Position numbers and translations under genes: made by a program | Assembly: GCA_964548205.1 (NCBI GenBank) | Contig: CAZJPJ010000005.1 | Span: 1,021 to 65,020, forward strand | DNA from: an uncultured Candidatus Saccharibacteria bacterium | GTDB lineage: Bacteria; Patescibacteriota; Minisyncoccia; Phycocordibacterales; WO2-35-19 | Reading direction: 5' to 3' | Length of the DNA stretch: 64,000 nucleotides | Shown here: piece by piece, positions 39,204 to 49,307 of the stretch | How positions within the stretch are numbered: the stretch's first letter is position 1 | Layout of the letters: each line of letters starts with the position of its first letter | Notes under the pieces: model-generated | What the model saw: only the letters and a program-made list of their open reading frames with translations | The model's database searches: none | Told to the model about the DNA's origin: nothing

Positions 39204-39848
39204 TTGGTAATGTTCTTGTATATGGCTAAAGCACAAGATAAGGATGTATTTAAAAAGGTGGCTAATTTTGTCTATGAGACTAGTATCCATAGCCAAACTC
39301 CTCGCTCAGGGCTATGGTTTTTGGGTAGCGGACGGCAGTCGGTAGCTGAGCATCTTTTTCATGTAGCTATGATCGCCTATGCGCTCGCTTACTTCGAGCC
39401 CAAGGCAGACAAAAACAAAGTAATACTGATGGCTCTCTTCCATGACATTGGAGAAGGTAGGACATCAGACCACAATTATATACACCAGCGTTACGGGAGA
39501 CTTTCAGAACCGGAGGCAGTCAAAGATATATCAGAAAGTGTACCTTTTGGAAAAGAAATACTAGAACTTTTTAGTGAAGAACAAGAGCGCAAGACTCTAG
39601 AGGCTCAAATAGTGAAGGATGCAGATCAGCTCGAGTGGATAGCGACACTCAGAGCAGAGCAGGAAAAGGGGAATTTGAAAGCAAAGAGCTGGATAAATGT
39701 CGCTTCAAAGCGCATCAAGACTTCGGCTGGTAAAAAGCTCATACAAGAACTCATCAAAACTCATCCTGACGCGTGGTGGTTTGATGTCAAAGATAAGTGG
39801 TTTATAGATAGAGATAAAAAACATCAAAAATGGAATGCTAATAAGTAG
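39204..39848 (+). CDS. HD-domain phosphohydrolase (YfbR-like 5'-deoxynucleotidase family)
   Basis: HLFHVAMIAYAL...ALFHDIGEGRTSD (H...HD metal-binding motif). Confidence 0.75.
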   Translation: MVMFLYMAKAQDKDVFKKVANFVYETSIHSQTPRSGLWFLGSGRQSVAEHLFHVAMIAYALAYFEPKADKNKVILMALFHDIGEGRTSDHNYIHQRYGRLSEPEAVKDISESVPFGKEILELFSEEQERKTLEAQIVKDADQLEWIATLRAEQEKGNLKAKSWINVASKRIKTSAGKKLIQELIKTHPDAWWFDVKDKWFIDRDKKHQKWNANK

Positions 39849-39940
39849 TAGTCTCAATATATTTGGGCTTCGAATAGCGATGGAAATAAGGAATAAATTG
39901 GGGTAATATTTAGTAACTTATTACAAGTAATATCTATAAG

Positions 39941-40357
39941 ATGGTTGGGATAAATTATTTGGCCATTATAGTCGCGTCAGTACTTTCTATGGTTGTGGGG
40001 GCTATTTGGTACGGGCCGCTTTTTGGTAAAAAGTGGGCGGAGATAGTCGGGGCAGATATGAATGATATGGAGGCGAGGAAAAAAATGCAGAAAGGAGCCA
40101 CCAAGCTTTATGTCGTTCAGTTTTTGCTGACACTGTTTCAAGTCTATGTGTTGGCACATTTTATAAAAGGGTGGAGCGATGTATCTGCTATCGAATCGTC
40201 GCTTTGGATCTGGGCTGGGTTTGTGATGCCTACTATCGCAGGTACTGCTATGTGGAACAATGATAGCGCACGGATTTCATGGGCCAGGTTTCTAATACAA
40301 TCGGGCTACCAGATCGTATTGTTTGTAATGTTTGCCTTTATTTTGGGTAATTGGTAA
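39941..40357 (+). CDS. DUF1761 family membrane protein
   Basis: MVGINYLAIIVASVLSMVVGAIWYGPLFGKKW N-terminus typical of DUF1761. 4 TM helices. Confidence 0.55.
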   Translation: MVGINYLAIIVASVLSMVVGAIWYGPLFGKKWAEIVGADMNDMEARKKMQKGATKLYVVQFLLTLFQVYVLAHFIKGWSDVSAIESSLWIWAGFVMPTIAGTAMWNNDSARISWARFLIQSGYQIVLFVMFAFILGNW

Positions 40358-41010
40358 AGATGATCGAGAGCTTTGTAGATTTTATAGTTGCTAACCTCCT
40401 ACCCCTCGGAGGAGTTGGGGTTTTTCTGGCCTCTGTACTTGAAGAGGTGGTAGCTCCGATACCGAGCGCTCTTATTATGACCATGAGCGGGTTTGTTTTC
40501 GTCACGGGGTCAGTATCTTTGCATAGCCTCTATGCCCTTGTTTTTAAGGTAGCGATACCAGCGGCTCTAGGAGTGACTTTGGGGTCCTATGTAGTCTTTT
40601 TTGCTGCCAAATATGGAGGCAAGATACTGATTGATCGTTTTGGTAAATATATAGGTCTTTATTATAGCGATATAGAAAAACTAAGTCAGAAACTTCAGGG
40701 TACAAAAAGAGATGAATTGATAATAGCTAGCGCTAGAGTCATACCTATTATCCCAAGTGTAGCCATATCTGCTCTTTGTGGCATTGTAAACATGAGTGTA
40801 TATAAGTACTTCGTAATTTCTTTTCTCGGTACTTTTGTGAGAGGGCTTATTCTTGGTGTGGTTGGTTGGCAGGTTGGTAATATATATAGCAAATACGCAA
40901 CTCATATTTCTAAAATAGAGAGTTTTGTTTTGATTTTGATCGCTCTTGGAGTTGTCTTGTTTGTAGCTTTTAGGTGGGTTCACAAAGATAGGTTTTCCAC
41001 TGCCGCCTGA
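40351..41010 (+). CDS. DedA/VTT-family membrane protein
   Basis: Size and TM topology. LPLGGVGVFLASVLEEVVAPIPSALIM resembles the DedA re-entrant motif region. Confidence 0.5.
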   Translation: MVKMIESFVDFIVANLLPLGGVGVFLASVLEEVVAPIPSALIMTMSGFVFVTGSVSLHSLYALVFKVAIPAALGVTLGSYVVFFAAKYGGKILIDRFGKYIGLYYSDIEKLSQKLQGTKRDELIIASARVIPIIPSVAISALCGIVNMSVYKYFVISFLGTFVRGLILGVVGWQVGNIYSKYATHISKIESFVLILIALGVVLFVAFRWVHKDRFSTAA

Positions 41011-41059
41011 TCTATTTGTGTCTCAAATTGCTAAAATATAGAAGTAATATTTATAGTAA

Positions 41060-42106
41060 ATGCAAAGGCATACCATTCAAGTAGGTTTCTTTCTGCTACT
41101 GTTTACAGCTGCATTGGTGGCTACTTTTTTTATATTTAGATCTTTTATTTGGGTGATATTTTTGTCCGCGGTTCTAGCAGTATCTTTTCATCCTCTATAT
41201 TTATTCTTTATAAGAAAATGGGGGAAAGAACATTCTCACATATCGGCTTTTGCTACTATATTTGTCATCTCTGTCTGTATCATTGTACCTTTGGGTCTCA
41301 TTTCAATAGCATTGGTGAAAGATGCAGCCTCAGTATACAACTCCATCGCTTTTGGCGACGGAGCTTCTCAGTTTATATCTAAAGCCAACAGAATAGTTAC
41401 TGATGTTGAAAAAATTTTTGCTGTTAATTTGCTTGAACTAGATATCGATATAGGTACTTATGCAAGAAATTTGCTATTGTGGTTTATCGATCACTTCGAC
41501 AATCTTTTTGCCATAGTAATAAACGGGATTTTGAAATTCTTGCTTATGCTTATGGCTCTCTACTACATGCTTATACACGCGACTTCTATAAAAAAGATAC
41601 TTCTTTTGTGGAGTCCGCTACCAAATTCATATGATAAAGAGATCATGGCTGAGTTAAAAACATCTTTCGATGCAGTCTTTAAAGGCAGAATACTGGTGGC
41701 CGTAGCCCAAGGTGCTTTTATGGGTATAGGTTTTGCGATTTTCGGATTATCCAACTCTGTTCTCTGGGGTTTCGTGACCGCTATCGCGGCTCTGATACCG
41801 ATAGTTGGTACGGCGGTAGTGTCTATACCTGCCGTGGCCTTCCTGTTCCTTGCGGGTTCTCTTTGGAAAGGTGTCGGCCTGCTTTTGTGGAGTGCTGTTG
41901 CTGTTGGTATGGTAGATAATATACTTTCTTTTTACTTTTTCAGGGGGAAAATAAGTGTTCATCCTCTCATAATACTTTTCTCAGTATTAGGTGGAGTTGA
42001 ACTATTCGGAGCCATAGGATATCTTGTTGGCCCAGTTATTATAAGTAGCCTAGTGGCCCTCAGTCGCATCTACCCTTTCATTATGGACCAAAAAACTGAA
42101 GTTTAA
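41060..42106 (+). CDS. AI-2E family transporter (PerM/UPF0118)
   Basis: 8-TM protein of ~350 aa with the conserved C-terminal half (...ILVAVAQGAFMGIGFAIFGL...). Confidence 0.6.
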   Translation: MQRHTIQVGFFLLLFTAALVATFFIFRSFIWVIFLSAVLAVSFHPLYLFFIRKWGKEHSHISAFATIFVISVCIIVPLGLISIALVKDAASVYNSIAFGDGASQFISKANRIVTDVEKIFAVNLLELDIDIGTYARNLLLWFIDHFDNLFAIVINGILKFLLMLMALYYMLIHATSIKKILLLWSPLPNSYDKEIMAELKTSFDAVFKGRILVAVAQGAFMGIGFAIFGLSNSVLWGFVTAIAALIPIVGTAVVSIPAVAFLFLAGSLWKGVGLLLWSAVAVGMVDNILSFYFFRGKISVHPLIILFSVLGGVELFGAIGYLVGPVIISSLVALSRIYPFIMDQKTEV

Positions 42107-43342
42107 ATGGGAGGCTATAAACAAAAAGTTCTTATGTTTGGATGGGAATTCCCGCCATACAATAGTGGCGGACTGGGTGTAGCTTGTGCTGGTATGACCA
42201 AGGCATTATCTGCAAAGGGTACAGAGGTATCTTTTGTTTTGCCTTATAAGATACCAGTCATGGCACCTTGGTTGAATTTCTTATTTGCTGATAGTAAAAA
42301 AGTGTTTAAAAGTGTTCAGGAGATGCAGCAATATACCTCTGGCTACCAAAGTCACATGTCTGTTTCTGAAAGGTCTTCTTTAGAATCACAGATCAGACTG
42401 GTAGAAGACGATAGTCTGATTGGTAGAGTCAGGGCTTATGCGCAGGGCGCCTCTGAGATAGCTATGAACAATAGTCATAATATTATACATGCTCATGATT
42501 GGTTGACTTATCTTGCAGGGGTAGAAGCAAAGAAGGTTTCTAAAAAGCCATTCGTTGCCCATGTGCACGCTACGGAATTTGATAGAAGTGGGGGAGATAG
42601 TGTCAATGGCGCAGTTTACGACATAGAAAAGGCGGGTTTGGATGCTGCTGATGTAGTGGTAACAGTCTCAGGACGGACTAAAAATGTTGTCAGTAAAAAA
42701 TATGGTATAAAAGAAGACAAAATAAAAGTGGTATACAACGGCGCTGAATTTAATTCTTCTACAAACAAAATATACCCGCTTGTTGAAAGGTTGAAAAGCA
42801 ATGGATCGAAAATTGTCTTATTTGCAGGAAGGATCACTATACAAAAAGGACCTGACTATTTTGTTTCTCTTGCAGAAAAAATATTGAAGCACTACAAAGA
42901 TGTGTATTTTGTAGTTTCTGGTAGTGGCGATATGGAGCCTCAGATGATTTCTGAAGTTGCCAGTAGGGGAATTGCCGATAAGTTTATTTTCTGCGGTTTC
43001 TTAAGAGGAGAAGAGTTGGCCTACGTATATAGGGCTTCTGATATTTATGTGATGCCTTCCGTCTCTGAACCATTTGGTCTATTGCCTGTTGAAGTTATGC
43101 TATCAGATACACCTGTGTTGGTATCAAAAGAATCTGGTGTTAGTGAGATATTGTCAAATGCTCTGAAGTCTCACTTTTGGGACATAGACGATATGGCAGA
43201 TAAAGTGATATCAGTATTGACTCACGGTAGATTGAAAAGACATTTGCAAGAAAACGGCAAGGTAGAAGCAAAAGGTATCCACTGGGGCAAGGCGGCGGAT
43301 TCTCTTATTTCGTTATATAATTCTCTTATTCCGAGTTATTAA
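42107..43342 (+). CDS. Glycogen/alpha-glucan synthase-like glycosyltransferase (GT-B; GT5/GT4)
   Basis: N-terminal WEFPPYNSGGLGVACAGMTKAL (GlgA-like KxGGL region). C-terminal EPFGLLPVEVM. Confidence 0.6.
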   Translation: MGGYKQKVLMFGWEFPPYNSGGLGVACAGMTKALSAKGTEVSFVLPYKIPVMAPWLNFLFADSKKVFKSVQEMQQYTSGYQSHMSVSERSSLESQIRLVEDDSLIGRVRAYAQGASEIAMNNSHNIIHAHDWLTYLAGVEAKKVSKKPFVAHVHATEFDRSGGDSVNGAVYDIEKAGLDAADVVVTVSGRTKNVVSKKYGIKEDKIKVVYNGAEFNSSTNKIYPLVERLKSNGSKIVLFAGRITIQKGPDYFVSLAEKILKHYKDVYFVVSGSGDMEPQMISEVASRGIADKFIFCGFLRGEELAYVYRASDIYVMPSVSEPFGLLPVEVMLSDTPVLVSKESGVSEILSNALKSHFWDIDDMADKVISVLTHGRLKRHLQENGKVEAKGIHWGKAADSLISLYNSLIPSY

Positions 43343-43357
43343 TACTCAATATAGAGA

Positions 43358-44611
43358 ATGCCTTCTGTTTGTTTTTATTTCCAAGTACATCAACCAATGC
43401 GTGTGCGCAAGTACCGTGTGTTTGATGTTGGTAATGATAGTAATTATTTCAATGATTCTTCTGGTACCAGTCTCGACAATAAATTTATCATCGACAAAGT
43501 TGCAAAGAAGAGTTATCTACCAGCTAACGCTGTATTGCTTGAAAACATAAAAAGAAACCCAGATTTTAAGGTTAGTTTTTCGATATCTGGGCTTGCTCTC
43601 GAGCAGTTTGAAAAATACTACCCAGAAGTAATAGATTCATTTAAAGCCTTGGTTGACACCGGAAATGTTGAGCTTCTGTCTGAGACTTACTACCATTCGC
43701 TATCATCAATTTATTCTGAGGCGGAGTTCATTTCGCAAATCAGAAAGCATAGACAGAAACTTCGTGAGTTGTTTGGAGTATCCCCAAATGTTTTTAGAAA
43801 CACAGAACTGATATACAACAACGATATAGCTAGGATGGTTGAAAATATGGGTTATAGGGCGATTTTGGCTGAAGGAGCCGATCATATATTGGGATGGAGA
43901 AGCCCTACTTTTGTTTACAAACCAGCTGGAGCAGATAAGTTGAAATTACTCCTAAAGCACTACAAACTCTCTGATGACATAGCTTTTCGTTTTAGTCAGA
44001 AGAGTTGGAATGAGTGGCCACTTACTACTGATAAATTCGCACAGTGGGTTAGCTCTCACAATGGCAACGGTCACGCTGTGAATCTGTTTATGGATTATGA
44101 GACTTTTGGTGAACATCAGTGGGAAGATACTGGTATATTTGAGTTTTTGCGTCATTTGCCAGAAGCGATATTGAGCGATCCTGACAATGAGTTTTTGACA
44201 CCATCAGAAGTTACTAGCAAGTACCAACCTGTTGCAGAGCTCGATGTGCCTCATCACACATCTTGGGCTGACACAGAGAGAGATTTATCTGCTTGGTTAT
44301 CAAACGATTTGCAACGAGAGGCTATAGATTCTCTTTATGCACTAGAGAATGATGTTAATTTTATAGATGATAAAGATCTAGAAGAAGATTGGAGAAGGCT
44401 GCAAACTAGTGACCACTTTTACTATATGTGTACTAAGTTTTGGAACGATGGTGATGTCCACAAGTACTTTAGTCCTTATGAATCGCCACACGAAGCCTTC
44501 ATTGCTTATATGAACGCACTTCAAGATATGAGGCTTAGAATTGATGCCGCAAAAAAGGCGGAGCAAAATGGAATAAAAATAAGAAAGATAAAACCTCTGC
44601 GTTTTAATTAA
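43358..44611 (+). CDS. Glycoside hydrolase family 57 (alpha-amylase/branching-enzyme family)
   Basis: N-terminal CFYFQVHQPMR (GH57 HQP motif). Adjacent to the glucan synthase and GH15 genes. Confidence 0.65.
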   Translation: MPSVCFYFQVHQPMRVRKYRVFDVGNDSNYFNDSSGTSLDNKFIIDKVAKKSYLPANAVLLENIKRNPDFKVSFSISGLALEQFEKYYPEVIDSFKALVDTGNVELLSETYYHSLSSIYSEAEFISQIRKHRQKLRELFGVSPNVFRNTELIYNNDIARMVENMGYRAILAEGADHILGWRSPTFVYKPAGADKLKLLLKHYKLSDDIAFRFSQKSWNEWPLTTDKFAQWVSSHNGNGHAVNLFMDYETFGEHQWEDTGIFEFLRHLPEAILSDPDNEFLTPSEVTSKYQPVAELDVPHHTSWADTERDLSAWLSNDLQREAIDSLYALENDVNFIDDKDLEEDWRRLQTSDHFYYMCTKFWNDGDVHKYFSPYESPHEAFIAYMNALQDMRLRIDAAKKAEQNGIKIRKIKPLRFN

Positions 44612-44630
44612 TTGTGATAAAATGTGAGGC

Positions 44631-46574
44631 ATGGCTCGCTCAATAGTTCTGGGTAACGGCAATACTTTAGTATGTTTTGATCAGTTTGGTCAGATCAGAG
44701 ATTTTTATTATCCGTATGTAGGTCAGGAAAATCATATTGGCCAAAATCAGGTCCATAAGATCGGAGTATTTTCCGAAGGAAATTTTCATTGGGTTGACGA
44801 TGGTAGTTGGAGCGTAAATTCATATTATGGAGATGAGAGCATGGTGGCAGTCTTTGAATGGAGAAATGTTCAAATGGAATTGAGTATAAAATCGAAAGAT
44901 GTCCTGTATAATGAGGCAAACATCTTGCTCAGAAAATACGAGGTCCAAAACATTTCTAAAAGAAGAAGACAAATAAAGTTTTACACAAATCAACAATTTA
45001 AAATAAGTGACACAAACCATGCTGATACGGCTTATTATTCTTCCTTGCTTCAAGCCATAGTGCACTATAAGGGCAGAAGAGTATTTTTGGTTGGTGGCTT
45101 ATCAAATAATGAAAGTTTTGATGATTACTCGATAGGCTTCAACGGTGTTTTGGGTAAAGAGGGGACATGGAAAGATGCTGAAGACGGTAAATTGTCCCAA
45201 AACTCTATCGAGCACGGTCAAGTTGACTCTGTTTTGGGCTGGACTTTTGATATAGATCCGGGTGAGGCAAGGACTTTGTATTGTTGGGTTATTGTAGGCG
45301 AAACGTATAGAGAGGTAGATAAGTTGCGCAGAGAGATATCGGAGAAGGGCTGTGAGCATATTATCGAATCGACAACAGATTTTTGGCACGCTTGGGCACA
45401 ACAAGTAGAAGTGAAGACAAGCAATATATCTCAAAAAGCATCTTCTTTGTTCAGAAATTCTCTTTTTGTGATGAAGACCCATTCGGATAATAATGGGGGG
45501 ATATTGGCCTCTGGTGATGCTGGAAATATCCAATATGGGGGAGATACATATGCATATATATGGCCTCGGGATGCGTGTTTTAGTGCTTGGGTATTTGATA
45601 TGGCCGGTTTTGGGGACATATCTAAGCGGTTTTATGATTTTGCTCACAATATCCTTACCGATGAAGGGTATGTACTGCATAAATATCAGCCCGACAAATC
45701 CCTCGGGAGCTCTTGGCATCCTTGGGTTCAGCGGGGCCACAAACAGCTAGCTATCCAAGAAGATGAGACAGCTATACTACTGGTGGGCCTATGGGAACAC
45801 TATATAAGACACAAAGATCTTGAATTTATAGAAGAGCTATACAATCCGTTTATAAAAAAAGTAGCCGAATTTCTAATATATTTCAAAAACAAAGAGACAA
45901 GTCTGCCATTTTCTAGTTATGACCTATGGGAGGAACGTTATGGAGTATCTGTTTTCACTTCATCTGTTGTTTTTGGAGCTTTGGTCGCTGCACATAATTT
46001 TGCTCGAGTACTAGGAAAAGAAGATGATTCGAAAATGTTTATGTTTGAGGCAGAAAAAATAAGAAAGGCGATAGTCACTACTCTCTGGGATGCGGATAAC
46101 AAATTTTTTTTTGGTCTAATCGATGGAGACAATGGTCTAATAAAAGATAATCGTGTAGATATAAGTAGTTTTTATGGAGTATTTCGATTCGGAGTACTCT
46201 CATGTGATGATCCGAGAATGAAAGAAGCCTTTTTGGTAATAAGATCCAGATTGACTTCTGGGGGTGTTGGATTTGCGAGATATGAGGGTGATAATTATAA
46301 CAGGATGCATCCTGATACTCCCGGCAACCCTTGGGTTATAACCACTATGTGGGTAGCACAGTATCTTATAGCGGTAGCTAAAAAGGCAGAAGATCTGGAT
46401 TACCCAAGGGTTTTGATTGAGTGGGTGGCAGAGGTTTCTGATGGTTCGGTCTTGCCGGAACAGCTGGATCCATATACCAAGTCTTTTGTATCTGCAACGC
46501 CGCTTGTGTGGAGTCACGCAGAGTTTATAAGGACGATTATAGAGTTAGATCAGAAGTTAAAAAAAATGATATAA
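44631..46574 (+). CDS. Glycoside hydrolase family 15 (glucoamylase/glucodextranase-like)
   Basis: YIWPRDACFSAW (GH15 WxRD catalytic region). N-terminal beta-sandwich plus C-terminal (alpha/alpha)6 size. Confidence 0.7.
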   Translation: MARSIVLGNGNTLVCFDQFGQIRDFYYPYVGQENHIGQNQVHKIGVFSEGNFHWVDDGSWSVNSYYGDESMVAVFEWRNVQMELSIKSKDVLYNEANILLRKYEVQNISKRRRQIKFYTNQQFKISDTNHADTAYYSSLLQAIVHYKGRRVFLVGGLSNNESFDDYSIGFNGVLGKEGTWKDAEDGKLSQNSIEHGQVDSVLGWTFDIDPGEARTLYCWVIVGETYREVDKLRREISEKGCEHIIESTTDFWHAWAQQVEVKTSNISQKASSLFRNSLFVMKTHSDNNGGILASGDAGNIQYGGDTYAYIWPRDACFSAWVFDMAGFGDISKRFYDFAHNILTDEGYVLHKYQPDKSLGSSWHPWVQRGHKQLAIQEDETAILLVGLWEHYIRHKDLEFIEELYNPFIKKVAEFLIYFKNKETSLPFSSYDLWEERYGVSVFTSSVVFGALVAAHNFARVLGKEDDSKMFMFEAEKIRKAIVTTLWDADNKFFFGLIDGDNGLIKDNRVDISSFYGVFRFGVLSCDDPRMKEAFLVIRSRLTSGGVGFARYEGDNYNRMHPDTPGNPWVITTMWVAQYLIAVAKKAEDLDYPRVLIEWVAEVSDGSVLPEQLDPYTKSFVSATPLVWSHAEFIRTIIELDQKLKKMI

Positions 46575-46580
46575 AAATAA

Positions 46581-49259
46581 ATGAATAGAGATCAAAATAC
46601 TTCTTTAAGCGCTCACTATGCCAAATCTTATTCTGAGGTTTTGGCTAATTTTAATTCTACAGAAGAAGGACTTTCTAGAGAGGATGTAGATGTGCGACTT
46701 AAGGAGTACGGCAGAAATATTTTCCATCCATATAAATCTGATTCTATTTTCAAGATAGCAATAAATCAGTTCGCTAGCCCTCTCATGTATGTATTACTGA
46801 TCGCTGGTTTTGTGGTGCTTATTTTTTCTGGGTGGACTGACAGTGCAATTATTTTTTTGGTAATAATACTAAATGCTTTAATCGGTATTTTCGAGGAAAC
46901 AAAGTCTAGAAATTCCATGCAGGCTTTATTAAATTTTTCTAAATCTAATGCAAAGGTTATTAGAGAAGGCGTGGAAAGAAGTGTCAGTGATGAAGAGGTA
47001 GTACCCGGCGACATACTGGTATTAAGACAAGGTGATAAGGTGGTTGCTGACGCTAGGATAATAAGCGCGAGTGGTTTTAGGGTAGTGGAGTCTTCTCTTA
47101 CAGGAGAATCTGAACCAGTAGAGAAGAATACTGATATATTGGTTTCCGATACAGAGTTGCCGGATCAGTTAAATATGGTCTTTAGGGGGACATTGGCTGT
47201 GGCAGGGAATGCCACTGCCGTAGTTGTCGCGATTGGTAGTAATACAGTATTTGGTAAAGTGGCAGAAAAAGTTTCTCTTATAGATGCTGAGATGCCTCTA
47301 AAACAAAAGATAAGAAAACTCTCTCAATATATAGGTATAGCTATCTTTCTTTGTGTAACTGCTTTTTTTTATATCGGAATTTTTAGAGGTATGCCGATAT
47401 TCGATATTTTTATGGCAAGTGTAGCTATGGCCGTGTCTTTGATACCAGAGGGCCTGCCTGTTGTTATAACATTGGTTTTGGCAAAGGGTGTCTATCGTAT
47501 GGCTAAAAGAAATGCTTTGGTCAAAAATATGCAAGCTGTAGAGGCTTTGGGGCAAGCAAGTATTATTGCAGTAGATAAAACTGGTACTATAACAAAAAAT
47601 GAACTCACTGTATTGTCTGTATATATAAACAATAAGGAGTATTCTGTTACTGGGTCTGGTTATGACCCAAAGGGAGACATAATATATAAAGATGAGATAA
47701 TCGAAGTTCTCAATCATCCTGACCTTGTTTTTGCTGGGAAGATTGCTTCGCTCTCTGCTGATGCAAGTATATCTATAAATGAAAAAGGGAGCGCTCAGGT
47801 ATCTGGAGATCCAACGGAAGCGGCTATGTTGGTCTTTGGTGAAAAAATTGGATTTAAACAATCAGAAGCCATGGCAGAACAGCCAATGGTTTTTGAAAAG
47901 CCTTTTAGTTATGAAAGTCGTTTTCACTTTACTTTACATAAAGATGGAGATAGGTATTTAGGTATTGCTGTTGGGGAGCCAGAAAGTTTGATCACCCATA
48001 TTTCAAAAGTTTGGACACTCGACGGAGAAACAGAAATATCAAACAAAAATTATGAAGACATAGAAGCAAAGATAGAATTATTTGGTTCTAAAGGTTTGAG
48101 GGTTATCATGTTCGCTTCTTGCTATCTGGAAGAGCCGTCTATTGATTTTGGATTTATGCCAAAACTTTCATTTGGGGGCCTTTTTGGTATGGCGGACGTC
48201 TTAAGAGAGGGGGTAGTTGAAGCTATCGATAAAACCAGAGAAGCTGGGATACGTGTAGTTATGATAACGGGAGACCATCTCGGTACAGCTAAAGCTATTG
48301 CCGCAGAAGCTCATATATGGAAAGAGGGGGATATTGTCATCTCAGGTAAGGACTTACATACTTTAAGAATAAATGATGAAGGAGATTTAGGTAATGTTAG
48401 TGTGTTTGGTAGAGTTTTACCAGAACATAAACTTGAGATAGTGGAGGCTTATAAGCGTAAGGGTGAAATTGTGGGCATGACTGGAGATGGGGTAAATGAC
48501 GCAATGTCACTACGTGCAGCTCATCTTGGTATGGCAATGGGCGAAGGGGGGACGGATGTGGCAAAAGAAGCATCGGATATTATTCTTTTGGATAACAATT
48601 TTAATACTATAGTAGAAGCCATATCTGAAGGACGGGCTATATACTCTACTATTAAAAAGGTAGTTTTGTACTTGTTGTCAACAGGTATAGGAGAGTTTTT
48701 GTCTATTGCTGGGGCAATAATTTTAGGGTTTGATGTACCACTTTTGCCTAGTCAGATATTATGGTTAAATCTAGTTACGAATGGGGTAGTGGTAGTGGCT
48801 CTCGCCTTTGAACCAAAGCCAGATATTGTCAAAAGCAGAAGGTCTAGTGGAGAGATATATGGCAGGGATGAGTTTTTTAGGTCTATGATTATGGGGGCGG
48901 TGATGATGATTGGGACTTTATACATTTTTGAAAAAAATATCGAGTTTGGTTTTGTGGCAGCTTCGACTCTTGCATTGTCTCTACTCGCTATATTTCAATG
49001 GTTTAATATATGGAACTGTAGGTCTAGTATCGGGTCGGCATTTTATAAACCGTTTTCAAATAAGTACTTGATTCTGTCTGTGTTGGCTTCTCTTGCTCTC
49101 CATTTGTTTGCCGTATATACTCCGATTATGCAAAGTCTTTTAAAGACCCAGTCAATGTATTTGAGTGATTGGTTGCTCCTGTTCATTATAGGTTCATCTA
49201 TCGTGTGGGTAGAAGAATTGAGAAAGCTATCTGTTAGAATGTATGCTAATAAATATTAA
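46581..49259 (+). CDS. P-type cation-transporting ATPase (type II, Ca2+/Mg2+-like)
   Basis: DKTGTITKNE phosphorylation motif. TGES actuator motif. MITGDH. GDGVNDAMSL hinge. 10 TM helices. Confidence 0.85.
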   Translation: MNRDQNTSLSAHYAKSYSEVLANFNSTEEGLSREDVDVRLKEYGRNIFHPYKSDSIFKIAINQFASPLMYVLLIAGFVVLIFSGWTDSAIIFLVIILNALIGIFEETKSRNSMQALLNFSKSNAKVIREGVERSVSDEEVVPGDILVLRQGDKVVADARIISASGFRVVESSLTGESEPVEKNTDILVSDTELPDQLNMVFRGTLAVAGNATAVVVAIGSNTVFGKVAEKVSLIDAEMPLKQKIRKLSQYIGIAIFLCVTAFFYIGIFRGMPIFDIFMASVAMAVSLIPEGLPVVITLVLAKGVYRMAKRNALVKNMQAVEALGQASIIAVDKTGTITKNELTVLSVYINNKEYSVTGSGYDPKGDIIYKDEIIEVLNHPDLVFAGKIASLSADASISINEKGSAQVSGDPTEAAMLVFGEKIGFKQSEAMAEQPMVFEKPFSYESRFHFTLHKDGDRYLGIAVGEPESLITHISKVWTLDGETEISNKNYEDIEAKIELFGSKGLRVIMFASCYLEEPSIDFGFMPKLSFGGLFGMADVLREGVVEAIDKTREAGIRVVMITGDHLGTAKAIAAEAHIWKEGDIVISGKDLHTLRINDEGDLGNVSVFGRVLPEHKLEIVEAYKRKGEIVGMTGDGVNDAMSLRAAHLGMAMGEGGTDVAKEASDIILLDNNFNTIVEAISEGRAIYSTIKKVVLYLLSTGIGEFLSIAGAIILGFDVPLLPSQILWLNLVTNGVVVVALAFEPKPDIVKSRRSSGEIYGRDEFFRSMIMGAVMMIGTLYIFEKNIEFGFVAASTLALSLLAIFQWFNIWNCRSSIGSAFYKPFSNKYLILSVLASLALHLFAVYTPIMQSLLKTQSMYLSDWLLLFIIGSSIVWVEELRKLSVRMYANKY

Positions 49260-49307
49260 TTTTCATATCGGTTTGCCTATTGAGCTTAATTTGTTAACTT
49301 TGTATCT

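Noticed and set aside
45102-45740. 212-aa antisense ORF inside the GH15 gene
   Set aside because: Shadow ORF opposite a well-supported CDS. Odd composition, no motifs.
47298-47861. 187-aa antisense ORF inside the P-type ATPase gene
   Set aside because: Antisense to a CDS with canonical DKTGT/GDGVNDA motifs. Tyr/Ser-rich nonsense composition.
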